Assembly (NCBI GenBank): GCA_036271035.1
Contig: DATBBK010000063.1
Location: 1 to 62,145 of the forward strand
From: Thermoanaerobaculia bacterium
Lineage (GTDB): Bacteria > Acidobacteriota > Thermoanaerobaculia > UBA5066 > Gp7-AA6
Direction of reading: 5' to 3'
DNA: 62,145 bases
The notes under the pieces were generated by a model. That model saw only the letters and a list, made by a program, of their open reading frames with translations, was not told where the DNA came from and did not search any database. Below, one piece after another: positions 21,734 through 31,480 of this stretch. Numbering within the stretch: position 1 is the first letter of the stretch; each line of letters begins with the position of its first letter. A program made the position numbers and the translations under genes.

Positions 21734-21772
21734 AAAAAGGCCCTCCTCCCCGCAGCCGGGGAGGAGGGTTTG
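21734..21772 (-). terminator. bidirectional-looking Rho-independent terminator (best for the TonB receptor gene)
   Basis: 12-bp GC stem CCCTCCTCCCCG/CGGGGAGGAGGG with a 4-nt loop. A TTTTT run follows on the minus strand and TTTG on the plus strand. Confidence 0.75.
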
Positions 21773-21792
21773 AACGGAAGTCTGCCGATCCT

Positions 21793-23991
21793 CTAGAACC
21801 GCACGGTCAACTCTGCCGAGACGCCGCGGGGCGGCGCCGCGAAGAACTGATCGGCGCCGATCTCGCTCTCCGCGACGAACGGCCGCTGGTCGGAGAGGTT
21901 GCGTCCGATGACGGCGACCCGGAATCGGTCGAAATCGAACGAGAGCCCGGCGTCCACCATGAAGAACGACTCCGCATACGCGAAGTTGTCGATGTCGAAG
22001 ACGCGATGGTTCTGGTGGCGCACGGCGATGAAGCCGCCCACGCCCTGCTTGGGCGCCATCACCAGCTTGAGATTCCAGGTGTCGCGCGGCACGAGCTCGA
22101 TGCGCCGCCCGGCGGCGTCCTCCTCCCCGCCCTCCTCGTTGATGAACGTGAAGTCCTTGTACCTCGCGTCGTGGTGCGCGTAGCCGCCGTACACGGACAG
22201 GCCCTCGAGGAACGGCATCGTGTAGCCCGCCTCGATCTCGGTGCCCTGGAACCTCTCCGCGCCCGCGTTGACGAGCTCGGGCCCGTCCGGCCCGAGGACG
22301 CCGACGACCAGGTTCTGGAAGATCATGTGAAACCAGGTGACGTTCACCGAGAGCGCGCCGTCGAGCCAGCGCGTCTTCAGGCCCGCCTCCTGGATGTTCG
22401 TGGTCTCGGGGTTCAGGATGTGCGCGTTCTCGGCCTCGGTCAGGTTCGGCGCGGCCGGCTTGAAGTTGCGCCGGGCGGCGCCGTAGAGGTTGATCGCCGT
22501 GAGTGGACCGGACGGCTGGTCCACGAGCCGGAACAGGCCCGAGACGCCCCACGACGGCTTGTTGTCGTGGCGCGAGTCGTCGACCGTATCGAAGTTCGGA
22601 TCGCCGACCTCCTGCTGGAAGACGTGCAGCGACTCGGACGTCAAGTCGTAGCGGCCTCCGAACGCGAGCGTGAACCACTGGACCGGCGTCCACTCGTCGT
22701 TCAGGTAGATCCCGAAGAACGTGCGGCGGTCCTCGAAGTTGCGGTTGTCTCCGAACGGAAACGTCCCGTACGCCGGGACGACGACGGGGTCGATCTGGAT
22801 GGCGAAGTCGAAGCCGTGTCCCTCGGCGGTCGTCTTCCCCCACGTCAGCGCGGCGCCCGCCACGAGATGGTGCTCGCCGGCCGCCTCGAAGTGAAACCGC
22901 GCGTGCGCGTCGTCGTACACGACGGTCTCCTTGGGATAGAGCGAGATGCCTTCCGCGGTCGCCTGGTTCCCCTCCGCGTCGATCTCGTTGATCCACGAAC
23001 GGATCTGGCCGGAGGAGTCGTGCGTGACGCCGAGGACGTTCTCGAACTCCACGCCGGCACCGAGCGGCGTGGAGATGGTGTTGAAGAGGCCGACGATGTG
23101 GTGGTCGACCCTCGCGCCGCCGACGGCGTAGTTCTTGTCGATCTGGAAGGGCTCGATGATCTCCCCGGTCTCGCCCTCGACGGGCGTCGGCGATCCCCAG
23201 AAGTTCGAGTCACGCAGCCAGAGAAGCGAGGTGTTCACCTTCGTCTGACCGAACGTGTTCTCGAGCGAGACCCGGAGCTGGTCGCGTGCGAGGTCGGTCC
23301 GGTCCTGCCAGCCGTCGCCGCGCGCGATCGAGCCGTTGATGCGCAGCGTGAAGTCGGGCGAGATCTTCGTTCCGAGGTTGACGTCGCCGTAGCCCTGCTT
23401 GAATTGTCCGAATCCTCCGACGCGAGCGCTGCCCCACGTCGTGCCGCCCGTGTCCGACCGCGTGTAGACGTTGACCATGCCGGCGAACGCGGAGACGCCG
23501 TACAGCGTACTCTGCGGTCCGCGGAGGATCTCGATGCGGTCGATGTCCTCGATCGGAATCATCGCGAGGTTCGGGTTGAAGGGACCGCCGACGGGAACGC
23601 CGTCGAGGTTCACCTGGAGGGCGTCGAACTCCTTGACGCCGTAGACGCCGATGTTCGGCTGGCGCGGGCCGTTGTCGGAGCCGTTGCCGGTGTCGATGCC
23701 GACGACGTCCTGGAGCGCGTCGGCGAGCGTGCGCGTGCCGCGGCGGCGCAGCTCCTCGCCGCTCACGACGCTGACGGAGTTCGGCACGTCGACGGTGGGC
23801 TCCTCGATCTTCGTGGCGGAGACGACGACCTGCTCCTGCACCTTCTGGGCCGCGGGGGTCGGCGTCGGCGACGGGGTCGGAGACGGAGTCTGTGCGCGGC
23901 CTGCCGCGGCCGCGAAGAAGAGCGATGCGAAGACGAGCCGGGCGCGCACGTGAAAGCGCGCGCCGGCCCCGTTCGGGGTGGTTCCGTTCAT
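21793..23991 (-). CDS. TonB-dependent outer-membrane receptor
   Basis: Signal peptide, plug region (VVSATKIEEP...VSVVSGEEL), long beta-barrel, and a terminal ...ELTVRF. Confidence 0.92.
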   Translation of the reverse strand: MNGTTPNGAGARFHVRARLVFASLFFAAAAGRAQTPSPTPSPTPTPAAQKVQEQVVVSATKIEEPTVDVPNSVSVVSGEELRRRGTRTLADALQDVVGIDTGNGSDNGPRQPNIGVYGVKEFDALQVNLDGVPVGGPFNPNLAMIPIEDIDRIEILRGPQSTLYGVSAFAGMVNVYTRSDTGGTTWGSARVGGFGQFKQGYGDVNLGTKISPDFTLRINGSIARGDGWQDRTDLARDQLRVSLENTFGQTKVNTSLLWLRDSNFWGSPTPVEGETGEIIEPFQIDKNYAVGGARVDHHIVGLFNTISTPLGAGVEFENVLGVTHDSSGQIRSWINEIDAEGNQATAEGISLYPKETVVYDDAHARFHFEAAGEHHLVAGAALTWGKTTAEGHGFDFAIQIDPVVVPAYGTFPFGDNRNFEDRRTFFGIYLNDEWTPVQWFTLAFGGRYDLTSESLHVFQQEVGDPNFDTVDDSRHDNKPSWGVSGLFRLVDQPSGPLTAINLYGAARRNFKPAAPNLTEAENAHILNPETTNIQEAGLKTRWLDGALSVNVTWFHMIFQNLVVGVLGPDGPELVNAGAERFQGTEIEAGYTMPFLEGLSVYGGYAHHDARYKDFTFINEEGGEEDAAGRRIELVPRDTWNLKLVMAPKQGVGGFIAVRHQNHRVFDIDNFAYAESFFMVDAGLSFDFDRFRVAVIGRNLSDQRPFVAESEIGADQFFAAPPRGVSAELTVRF

Positions 23992-24042
23992 GACCTTCCT
24001 TTCCTCCGTGAGTGCGTGGACGAATCGGAGGCGAGGAAGGGT

Positions 24043-24801
24043 CTAGAGGCGAAGAGGGCTCGAGACCGCGGCCGGCGCGGACGCCGGAGCGGACGGGAAC
24101 AGGGACGCCGCGGATGCGGTGAGGTCGATCCGAGCGGAAGCCGGTGGCGGGCCCGGCTCCGCCACGTCGGACGGGCGGTTCGCCTCGGTCTCACCGCGCG
24201 GCGCGACGAGGCGCTCCCCCTCTTCATCCATGGATTCCCGGAGGAGGTCCCGCACGCTGCGCTCGAAGAGGGCCTGCTCGGTCCACCACTCCGCCGGGCC
24301 GCGCACGAAATCGTCCGGCGCGTCGGGTGCCGACGCGATCGCTAACGGTTCGCCGATCACCACGAGCCTCTCGTGGTCGCCCTCGCAGTCGGATCCGACC
24401 CTCAGCGCCAGGCGCGCGGACGTCGCCGGAATCGAGGGCACGCGGAGGCGATACGAGGTGGCTCGCGGCGACAGCTCGGATGAGAGCCGCACGATCCTGA
24501 TGGGCCCCCCCTCGAGAACGAGGACGAGCTCGGCCTCATCCGCGCCGCCGAGCGCTTCCGGCGAGACGGTCCAGCGCACCTCGAGGATCGAGCCGGCGAT
24601 CAGAGTCGCGCCGGCGTTCGTCGCGCGCAAGGCGTCCCCGGGCGGCGGCGCGGCGAAGCTCGCCGGGGACGCGGACGGGGACGCGGAAGATGCCTCGACG
24701 CCGAGCCCATTCGCCAGGGAGGACGCCGGCGCCGACACGACCGCCGACACGACGCCGAGCACGACGATGCAGCGCGTGAGCACTGCGCGGATTGTACGCA
24801 C
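24043..24801 (-). CDS. hypothetical secreted protein (upstream of the TonB receptor)
   Basis: GTG start and signal peptide MRTIRAVLTRCIVVLGVVSAVVSA. High third-position GC. No family recognised. Confidence 0.6.
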   Translation of the reverse strand: MRTIRAVLTRCIVVLGVVSAVVSAPASSLANGLGVEASSASPSASPASFAAPPPGDALRATNAGATLIAGSILEVRWTVSPEALGGADEAELVLVLEGGPIRIVRLSSELSPRATSYRLRVPSIPATSARLALRVGSDCEGDHERLVVIGEPLAIASAPDAPDDFVRGPAEWWTEQALFERSVRDLLRESMDEEGERLVAPRGETEANRPSDVAEPGPPPASARIDLTASAASLFPSAPASAPAAVSSPLRL

Positions 24802-25044
24802 GGATCGGCGCGCGAGTGCCGCTCTGCCAAATAAAAAAGCAAGATCCGGGACGAGCTCGGCGAAAAGACGAAGCGTCGTTCCCCGGGAAAGCCTTCTCGT
24901 CTCCGGCGCGCATGTCGCTGCGCGCTGGGCACCAGCCCTCCTGGTACTCGACTCCTCTCGCGGAGCGGAGCGGCTAGAGCCGCAGGGGGATGGGCGCTCC
25001 GGACGGAGCGGTGGCGAGCCAGCGCGCGAAACTGTCGGTCAGAG

Positions 25045-25146
25045 TGGCGGCCCCAACGGGGAATCGAACCCGTGCCGCGGCCTCCGGGGGCGCGGGGGCC
25101 GCAAGGCCCCCGAACAAAGAGTCAGCCGTGTCCGACACGGCGAGCC
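25045..25146 (-). pseudogene. degenerate tRNA-Glu-like copy (expanded anticodon arm, truncated D arm)
   Basis: The 3-prime half (acceptor, T arm, anticodon-stem 3-prime strand) matches the intact tRNA-Glu. The 7-nt anticodon loop is replaced by about 41 nt containing a GGGGGCC-TTGC-GGCCCCC hairpin. D-loop deleted, 1-nt insertion in the T arm. Confidence 0.6.
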
Positions 25147-25171
25147 AGCGAGCGAGATCGGTCGGTCAGAG

Positions 25172-25246
25172 TGGCGGCCCCAACGGGAATCGAACCCGTG
25201 CCGCGGCCTTGAAAGAGCCGTGTCCTAACCTCTAGACGATGGGGCC
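25172..25246 (-). tRNA. tRNA-Glu (anticodon UUC), CCA encoded
   Basis: GGCCCCATCGTCTAGAGGTTAGGACACGGCTCTTTCAAGGCCGCGGCACGGGTTCGATTCCCGTTGGGGCCGCCA folds as a cloverleaf. Anticodon stem CGGCT/GGCCG, loop CTTTCAA. Confidence 0.93.
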
Positions 25247-25281
25247 GGCGTCCCGGGAAAAATAGCACGCGGTACGGCCGC

Positions 25282-27348
25282 TCATCCGGCGTCCGTCTGC
25301 CCGTCCGAGTCGCGCAGCGACGCGAGCAGCGCGAGCAGCGCGTCGGGCTCCACGGGCTTCGTCAGGTGATAGTCGAAGCCCGCCTCGCGCGACCGCCGGC
25401 GGTCCTCGGCCTGGCCGTACCCCGACAGCGCGATCAACCGGGCGGCCGAGCCTTCCGGAGTCTGGCGCAGCTTCGCGGCGACCTCGTAGCCGCTCATCCC
25501 GGGCAGCCCGATGTCGCAGAGGACGACCTGCGGACGGGTCGCGCCGGCCGCCTCGATCGCCGAGGGACCGTCCGACGCCGTCCGGACCTCGTGACCCTCG
25601 AGTCGCAGGAGAAACGCCAGCATCTCCGCTGAATCGGTGTGATCCTCGACGACGAGGATCCGCAGACCCTGAGGCGGAGCGGCCGCCGAGCCCGGCCACG
25701 GCGCCCCGTCTGCCGGCTGCGCGGGCTCGACCCGCGGCAGGCGCACGATGAACTCGCTCCCCTTCCCGAGCCCCTCGCTGCGCGCCTCGACCTCGCCGCC
25801 GTGCAACTCGACGAGCTGCCGCACGAGCGTCAGTCCGATCCCGAGCCCTCCCTGCGAGCGGTCGAGCGAGCGGTCCGCCTGCGTGAACAGATCGAATACG
25901 TGCGGCAGCAGCTCGGCGCTCAGGCCGATGCCGTCGTCGCGCACGCGCATCACCGCCCGCCCGTCCTCCTCGCCCGCGTCGAGCCACACGTCGCCGCGCT
26001 CCGGCGTGTACTTCGCCGCGTTGTGCAGCAGGTTGCCGACGACCTGGACGAGCCGCGTGAGGTCCCCCTCGAGCCGGACGGGCTCCGGCGCCACGCGAAC
26101 GTGGAGACGGTGGCCCCTCTCCTCGACGGCGGACCGGGTCTCCTCGACCGCGCGCTGTACGACGGCGGCGACCTCGACCCACTCTCGTCGCAAGGCGATC
26201 TTGCCCTGCGTGATTCGGGAGACGTCGAGCAGATCGTCGACCAGCCGCGTGAGGTGCTGCGCCTGGCGCTCGATCACGTCGAGGGCCCAGCGCTGGTCGA
26301 CCTCGGGCGAGCCGAGCAGCTTCAGGACCTGCGCCGCGTTGCGGATCGGCGCGAGCGGGTTGCGCAGCTCGTGCGCGAGCATCGCGAGAAACTCGTCCTT
26401 CCGCCGGCCGGCCTCGCGGAGCGCCTCCTCCGCGGCTCGCCGCTCGGTGATGTCGATGTCCGACCCGATGTAGCCGAGGAGCTCTCCCGCGCCGCCGAAC
26501 GTGGGCTCCGCCGTCCCGATGACCCAGCGGTACGCGCCGTCGGCGGCGCGCAGCCGGTACTCGAGGCGATAGGGCCCCCGGCGCTCCATCGCGTTTCCGA
26601 ACGCCTCCTCGATTCGAGGGCGATCGTCGGGATGCATCGCGTCGGTCCAACCGCGTCCGAGACCGCTGTCGGGCGTCCGGCCGGTGAAGCGGTACCAGCT
26701 CTGGCTCAGGAACGTGCATTCCCCGCCGGCATCCGTGACCCACACCATCATCGGGGCGTGGTCGGCCATGTTGCGAAACCGCGCCTCGCTCGCGCGGAGC
26801 TCGGCGTCGAGCCTCAGCTTCTCGATCGCGTTCCACGTGCGCTCCGCGACCTCGTCGAGCAGCTCGACCTCGCGGGCGGTCCAGTCGCGCGGCGAGTCGG
26901 TGCTGACGAAGAGCGCGGCGACCCAGCGGCCGCGCCGATGGAGCGGCACTGCGAGGTACGCGCGCTCCCCGGCCGGTCCGTAGGTCGTCTCGTAGAGCGC
27001 GGCCGTCCTCGGATCCGTCTTCGAGTCGCGGTTGACGACGGCGCGCCCCGCCTCCATCTCCAGGCCGGCGGCCGCGCTGTACGCGGACAGCCGGTACTCC
27101 CCGGCGATCGATGGCACGCCCTCGCGGCGGTAGTCGCGGCGCACGAGGCCGCGGTCCCGAGCCGTGTCGACCTCGACGAAGAAGCTGCGCGCGACGCCGA
27201 GCGCCTCGCCGACCCGCTGCGCGACGAGCCACAGCAGCTCCTCGGGATCCGAGCCGAACCGCAGGCGCTCACTCAAGTCGGAGAGACCGCGATAGCGGTC
27301 GGGCGGCGCTGAGGTGGGTTGGTCCATTCGGTCGGGAGAACGCGACAT
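25282..27348 (-). CDS. hybrid sensor histidine kinase (GAF-PAS-HisKA-HATPase-REC)
   Basis: Start MSRSPDRMDQ. H-box LAHELRNPL, N/G boxes, and a receiver domain with VVLCDIGLPGMSG. The upstream 236 codons of the track ORF are read-through. Confidence 0.9.
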   Translation of the reverse strand: MSRSPDRMDQPTSAPPDRYRGLSDLSERLRFGSDPEELLWLVAQRVGEALGVARSFFVEVDTARDRGLVRRDYRREGVPSIAGEYRLSAYSAAAGLEMEAGRAVVNRDSKTDPRTAALYETTYGPAGERAYLAVPLHRRGRWVAALFVSTDSPRDWTAREVELLDEVAERTWNAIEKLRLDAELRASEARFRNMADHAPMMVWVTDAGGECTFLSQSWYRFTGRTPDSGLGRGWTDAMHPDDRPRIEEAFGNAMERRGPYRLEYRLRAADGAYRWVIGTAEPTFGGAGELLGYIGSDIDITERRAAEEALREAGRRKDEFLAMLAHELRNPLAPIRNAAQVLKLLGSPEVDQRWALDVIERQAQHLTRLVDDLLDVSRITQGKIALRREWVEVAAVVQRAVEETRSAVEERGHRLHVRVAPEPVRLEGDLTRLVQVVGNLLHNAAKYTPERGDVWLDAGEEDGRAVMRVRDDGIGLSAELLPHVFDLFTQADRSLDRSQGGLGIGLTLVRQLVELHGGEVEARSEGLGKGSEFIVRLPRVEPAQPADGAPWPGSAAAPPQGLRILVVEDHTDSAEMLAFLLRLEGHEVRTASDGPSAIEAAGATRPQVVLCDIGLPGMSGYEVAAKLRQTPEGSAARLIALSGYGQAEDRRRSREAGFDYHLTKPVEPDALLALLASLRDSDGQTDAG

Positions 27349-27456
27349 GCAAACGTAAGGCCGGTCCGATCCGTCCGCCGGGGCGCCGGCCGATTCCAGA
27401 ACGCGCGCGGCCGGCGCGCGACTGTGTCGGCGACGTCCCGTGCGATACTCGTCGAC

Positions 27457-27849
27457 GTGAAAAATCATGCCGGACTCCTGCGACCGCTCCGTCTCGGCGT
27501 CGTGGCCGGGGCCGTGCTCCTCACGGCCGTCTCGTGCGCGAACGTCAAGGAGATCGACAAGGCCCACGAAGAGGCGCGGACCAAGGGCAAGTACCACGTC
27601 CGCCTCACGGACAAGTCCGACGAGGTCCAGGGGACGTGCAAGTTCATCCGCGCCATCCAGCCGGAGTACGACCCGACCGGGAAGCCGACGAACGCACAGC
27701 TGCCGGACTACTACCGCGAGTGGGCGGTCTACTACGGAGCGGATACGGTGCTGGTGCGCGGCACGCTCGCCGAGGCGTATCAGTGCGGGCCGGTGCCGCT
27801 CAATCCGGACGGGACGCCGAAGGGCCTGTACGGGCAAAACCCGCAGTAG
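27457..27849 (+). CDS. small lipoprotein, function unknown
   Basis: GTG start. Signal peptide with lipobox LLTAVSC. 130 aa. Confidence 0.6.
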   Translation: MKNHAGLLRPLRLGVVAGAVLLTAVSCANVKEIDKAHEEARTKGKYHVRLTDKSDEVQGTCKFIRAIQPEYDPTGKPTNAQLPDYYREWAVYYGADTVLVRGTLAEAYQCGPVPLNPDGTPKGLYGQNPQ

Positions 27850-27941
27850 GCGTCGGAGCCTGCCCTCGCCGGGGTCAGAGGCATGGAGGCGACGAGGAAC
27901 TTCGGCCCCTGGGTCTTCTCGACCCTCCAGCCCGTGCCCGG

Positions 27942-28298
27942 CTAGTTGTGCAGGCTCGGCAGACCCATCCGGCGGCGCACGTCGGTCGTCGTGCGTCGGA
28001 CCGTCGCCGCCGCGCGGAAGGACTTGACGAGGAAGATCTGCGCGGCCAGCCTCCACTTCGCCTCGTCCTCGGCGGAACAGTCGTAGCGAACGATGCGTCC
28101 CTCGAGCTGGAAGTCGATGGCGCGCGGAGCGTCGTCGGCGGGGACGGCGTAGAAGCGGCGGATCTCCTCGACGGTCAGCTCGCGCTCGAGGATCAGCGTG
28201 CAGGCGTGGCGACCTCCGGTCAGGCGCGTCGTCTTCTCGCGCACGATTTCGGGCGTTCCCACCGCGTCCATCCCTCTCGCCCTCGCTGCGGCCGTCAC
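27942..28298 (-). CDS. hypothetical protein
   Basis: 118-aa ORF with coding-like composition. An alternative start at MDAVG (28271) is possible. No family recognised. Confidence 0.45.
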   Translation of the reverse strand: MTAAARARGMDAVGTPEIVREKTTRLTGGRHACTLILERELTVEEIRRFYAVPADDAPRAIDFQLEGRIVRYDCSAEDEAKWRLAAQIFLVKSFRAAATVRRTTTDVRRRMGLPSLHN

Positions 28299-28341
28299 CG
28301 GTCCGCCGGTCGCTTCGCCGCCGGGGACGATATCACCCCGT

Positions 28342-28371
28342 TTGACATTCGGCGGAAGGTCAAAAAATAAT
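28342..28371 (+). promoter_or_regulatory. sigma70-like promoter for the APC permease gene
   Basis: TTGACA (28342-28347), 18-nt spacer, AATAAT (28366-28371). This is an AT-rich island in an otherwise GC-rich intergenic region, about 35 nt upstream of the TTG start. Confidence 0.45.
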
Positions 28372-28405
28372 CCGCGCCCGCGCCCCCGCAGGCGCGCTCA
28401 AGACC

Positions 28406-30403
28406 TTGCCCACCACCATCAAGCAGATCCTCGTCGGGAAGGCCCGGGACCCGATGGATCCCCGGATCTTCCACACCGTCACGCTGGCGGCCTTCCTCGC
28501 GTGGGTCGGGCTCGGCGCCGACGGGCTCTCGTCGTCGGCCTACGGCCCGGAGGAGGCGTTCAAGGCGCTCGGATCGCACGCGTACCTGGCGGTCTTCCTC
28601 GCCCTCCTGACGGCGATCACGGTTTGCGTAATCTCGCTCGCCTACACGAAGGTCATCGAGCTCTTCCCGGCGGGCGGCGGCGGGTACCTCGTCGCGACGA
28701 AGCTCCTCGGCCCGCGGCTCGGCGTCGTCTCGGGCTGCGCGCTCGTCGTCGACTACGTGTTGACGATCTCGATCTCGATCGCGTCCGGCTGCGACCAGCT
28801 CTTCTCGCTCCTCTCCCCGTCCGCGCAGAACCTGAAGTTCACGACCGAGGTCGTCGTCACCCTCGCTCTCATCGTCCTCAACCTCCGGGGGATCAAGGAG
28901 AGCATCACGGTCCTCGTCCCGATCTTCCTGCTCTTCCTCCTGACGCACTTCTCGTTGATCGCCGTGACGATGTTCGGCCACCTGCCGGAGCTGCCGCGCG
29001 TCTTCGGTGAGGCCTCGAACGATGCGACGGCGACGGGGGCCGCGCTCGGATGGGCGCCGCTCCTGCTCATCATGATGCGGGCCTACTCGCTGGGCGGCGG
29101 GACGTACACGGGCATCGAGGCCGTCTCCAACAGCGTCCAGCTCCTCCGCGAGCCGCGCGTGCCCAACGCGAAGCGGACCATGCTGTACATGGCGGTATCG
29201 CTCGCGTTCACCGCCGGCGGGATCATCATCGGCTACCTGCTCGTCGGTGCGAGGCCGCATCCGGGCCGGACGATGAACGCGGTCTATGCGGAGCGGGTCT
29301 TCGGAGACTGGGTCATCGGCGGCCTGCGCATCGGGCCCGTCCTCGTCGCCCTGACGCTGATCTCAGCGGGCGCGCTGCTGTTCGTGGCGGCGCAGACCGG
29401 GTTCGTCGCCGGGCCGCGCGTCCTCGCGAACATGGCGGTCGACTCCTGGGTGCCCCGGCGGTTCGCGCAGCTCTCCGACCGGCTCGTGACGAACAACGGG
29501 TTCTGGCTGATGGGGCTCGCCGCGTTCGGCACGCTCCTGTACACGCGCGGCGCCGTCTCGCGGCTCGTCGTCATGTACTCGATCAACGTGTTCCTGACCT
29601 TCACGCTCACCCTGCTCGGAATGCTCCGCTACTGGCTTCGGAACCGCGGCGCCGAGGACTTCAAGCGCAACCTCGCGATCCACGGAGGCGGGCTCGTGCT
29701 CTGCTCCCTCATCCTCTGCGTGACCGTTTACGAGAAGTTCGGCGAGGGAGGCTGGCTCACGGTCGTCGTGACGGCCTCGTTCGTGACGCTGGCGTTTCTG
29801 ATCCGGCGGCACTACGCGCGGATCCGCGACGTCATGCGGCGCATCGACGAGACCCTGCTCGACGTTCCGGTCCGCGCGCACGAGCCCGTCGACGCCGCGA
29901 TCCCGCGCGACGAGCCGGTCGCCGTGATTCTCGTCAGCGGATTCAGCGGGATGGGCGTCCACACGGTCCTGTCGGTGCAGAACCTCTTCCCGCACCAGTT
30001 CAAGAGCTACGTCTTCGTCTCGGTCGGCATCATCGACTCGGAGAATTTCAAGGGCGCCGCGGAGATCGAGGCGCTGAAGAAGCAGACCGAGGAGGACCTC
30101 CAGAAGTACGTCGCGTTCGCGCAGCGGCTCGGCTTCGCCGCCGACTATCGTTACGACGTCGGTACCGAGGCCGTCGAGGAGGTCGTCACCCTCTGCGAGG
30201 GCGTGCGCAAGGACTATCCGCGCTCGATCTTCTTCCTCGGCCAGCTCGTGTTCGAGAACGACCGTTTCTACTACCGCTTCCTGCACAACGAGACGGCGTT
30301 CGCGATCCAGCGCCGCCTGCAGTTCGCGGGGCTGCAGGCGGTGGTGCTGCCGATTCGCGTTCTCGACCGCGTCACGCGAGGCAAAAAGGCCCGGGCGGCG
30401 TAG
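28406..30403 (+). CDS. APC superfamily permease with a C-terminal cytoplasmic domain
   Basis: 665 aa with about 12 TM segments. N-terminus IKQILVGKARDP...ADGLSSSAYGPEEAF is typical of this APC subfamily. TTG start per the ORF track. Confidence 0.85.
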   Translation: MPTTIKQILVGKARDPMDPRIFHTVTLAAFLAWVGLGADGLSSSAYGPEEAFKALGSHAYLAVFLALLTAITVCVISLAYTKVIELFPAGGGGYLVATKLLGPRLGVVSGCALVVDYVLTISISIASGCDQLFSLLSPSAQNLKFTTEVVVTLALIVLNLRGIKESITVLVPIFLLFLLTHFSLIAVTMFGHLPELPRVFGEASNDATATGAALGWAPLLLIMMRAYSLGGGTYTGIEAVSNSVQLLREPRVPNAKRTMLYMAVSLAFTAGGIIIGYLLVGARPHPGRTMNAVYAERVFGDWVIGGLRIGPVLVALTLISAGALLFVAAQTGFVAGPRVLANMAVDSWVPRRFAQLSDRLVTNNGFWLMGLAAFGTLLYTRGAVSRLVVMYSINVFLTFTLTLLGMLRYWLRNRGAEDFKRNLAIHGGGLVLCSLILCVTVYEKFGEGGWLTVVVTASFVTLAFLIRRHYARIRDVMRRIDETLLDVPVRAHEPVDAAIPRDEPVAVILVSGFSGMGVHTVLSVQNLFPHQFKSYVFVSVGIIDSENFKGAAEIEALKKQTEEDLQKYVAFAQRLGFAADYRYDVGTEAVEEVVTLCEGVRKDYPRSIFFLGQLVFENDRFYYRFLHNETAFAIQRRLQFAGLQAVVLPIRVLDRVTRGKKARAA

Positions 30404-30493
30404 AGCGGCTCGAAGGGAGAGGGTCCGTCTGCGGCTTCCCCTCTCGTGTCCATGTCCTCGAGGCGGACCGCGAGAGGTCCGAGCTCCGCGCCG

Positions 30494-31480
30494 TTATTCT
30501 TCTCGCAGGGCCCGCGTCATGAGCCTCTCGACGGCGTCGCGCGCCGGGACCCTCTCGTACAGCACCGCGACGACCGCCTCGGCGATCGGCGCCGATGTGC
30601 CCGCCTTCGCGGCGAGGCGCGGCACCGCGAGGCACGTCCGCGCGCCCTCCGCGACCTCAGGCATGTCCGCCAGGACCTCTTCGAACGCGCGGCCCTTGCC
30701 GATCTGCTCGCCGACGAAGCGATTCCGCGACTGCGCCCCCGTGCAGGTCAGGAGCAGGTCGCCGACGCCCGCCAGCCCCTGGATCGTGCGCCCCTGGCCG
30801 CCGAGGCCGACGACGATGCGGCCGATCTCGACCAGGCCGCGCGTCACCAGCGCCGCGAGCGTGTTGTGTCCGTACCCGAGGCCCGACACGATCCCCGCGG
30901 CGATCGCAACGACGTTCTTCAGCGCTCCCGCGAGCTCGACCCCGACCACGTCGTCGGAGCGATAGAGCCGGAACGTCGCGCTCGAGAAACTCGACTGCAG
31001 CCACTCGGCGTACGCCGCGTCCTCCGCGGCCACGACGGCCGCCGTCGGATCCGCGCGAGCGACGCCCTCCGCGAAGGTCGGTCCGGAGAGCGCCGCGACC
31101 GACGCCGCGGGATACCGCTCGCGGACGATCTCCGTCATGCGCTTCAGTGTGTCGGGCTCGATGCCCTTCGACGTCGAGACCAGCCGCAGGCCGGCGCCGT
31201 CTCCCTGCGGAGAAAGCTCGAGCAGCGGCCGGATCGACGCGCACGGCACGGAGAGGAAGAGGACCTCCCCAAACGCCACCGCCTCGGCGAGATTGGACGA
31301 GGCGCGGACCGACTCCGGAAGCACGAACCCCGGCAGCCGGCGCGGGTGGCGGCCGTCCGCCTCGATCCGCGCCGCGACCTCCGGATCGCGGCCCCAAAGG
31401 AGCGCGTCGTGCCCGGCACGGGCGAACTCGATCGCGAGGGCCGTGCCCCACGATCCCGCCCCCAGGATCGCGATCCTCAC
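30494..31480 (-). CDS. gpsA: NAD(P)H-dependent glycerol-3-phosphate dehydrogenase
   Basis: MRIAILGAGSWGTALA... full-length GpsA-like sequence. GTGA overlap with the plsY stop. Confidence 0.95.
   Translation of the reverse strand: MRIAILGAGSWGTALAIEFARAGHDALLWGRDPEVAARIEADGRHPRRLPGFVLPESVRASSNLAEAVAFGEVLFLSVPCASIRPLLELSPQGDGAGLRLVSTSKGIEPDTLKRMTEIVRERYPAASVAALSGPTFAEGVARADPTAAVVAAEDAAYAEWLQSSFSSATFRLYRSDDVVGVELAGALKNVVAIAAGIVSGLGYGHNTLAALVTRGLVEIGRIVVGLGGQGRTIQGLAGVGDLLLTCTGAQSRNRFVGEQIGKGRAFEEVLADMPEVAEGARTCLAVPRLAAKAGTSAPIAEAVVAVLYERVPARDAVERLMTRALREE

Noticed and set aside
24802-25044. A cobalamin riboswitch or sigma-54 promoter upstream of the hypothetical-protein / TonB-receptor genes (TGGCA at about 24825).
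   Set aside because: No B12-box-like core was seen. The GG/GC spacing after TGGCA does not fit the -24/-12 consensus. The T-run at 24829-24840 more likely terminates the tRNA transcripts.
25045-25246. The duplicated tRNA-Glu 3-prime half as attL/attR of an integrated island.
   Set aside because: The copies are only about 127 bp apart with no cargo between them, and no integrase gene is nearby. The second copy retains 5-prime-half remnants, so tandem duplication is the simpler explanation.
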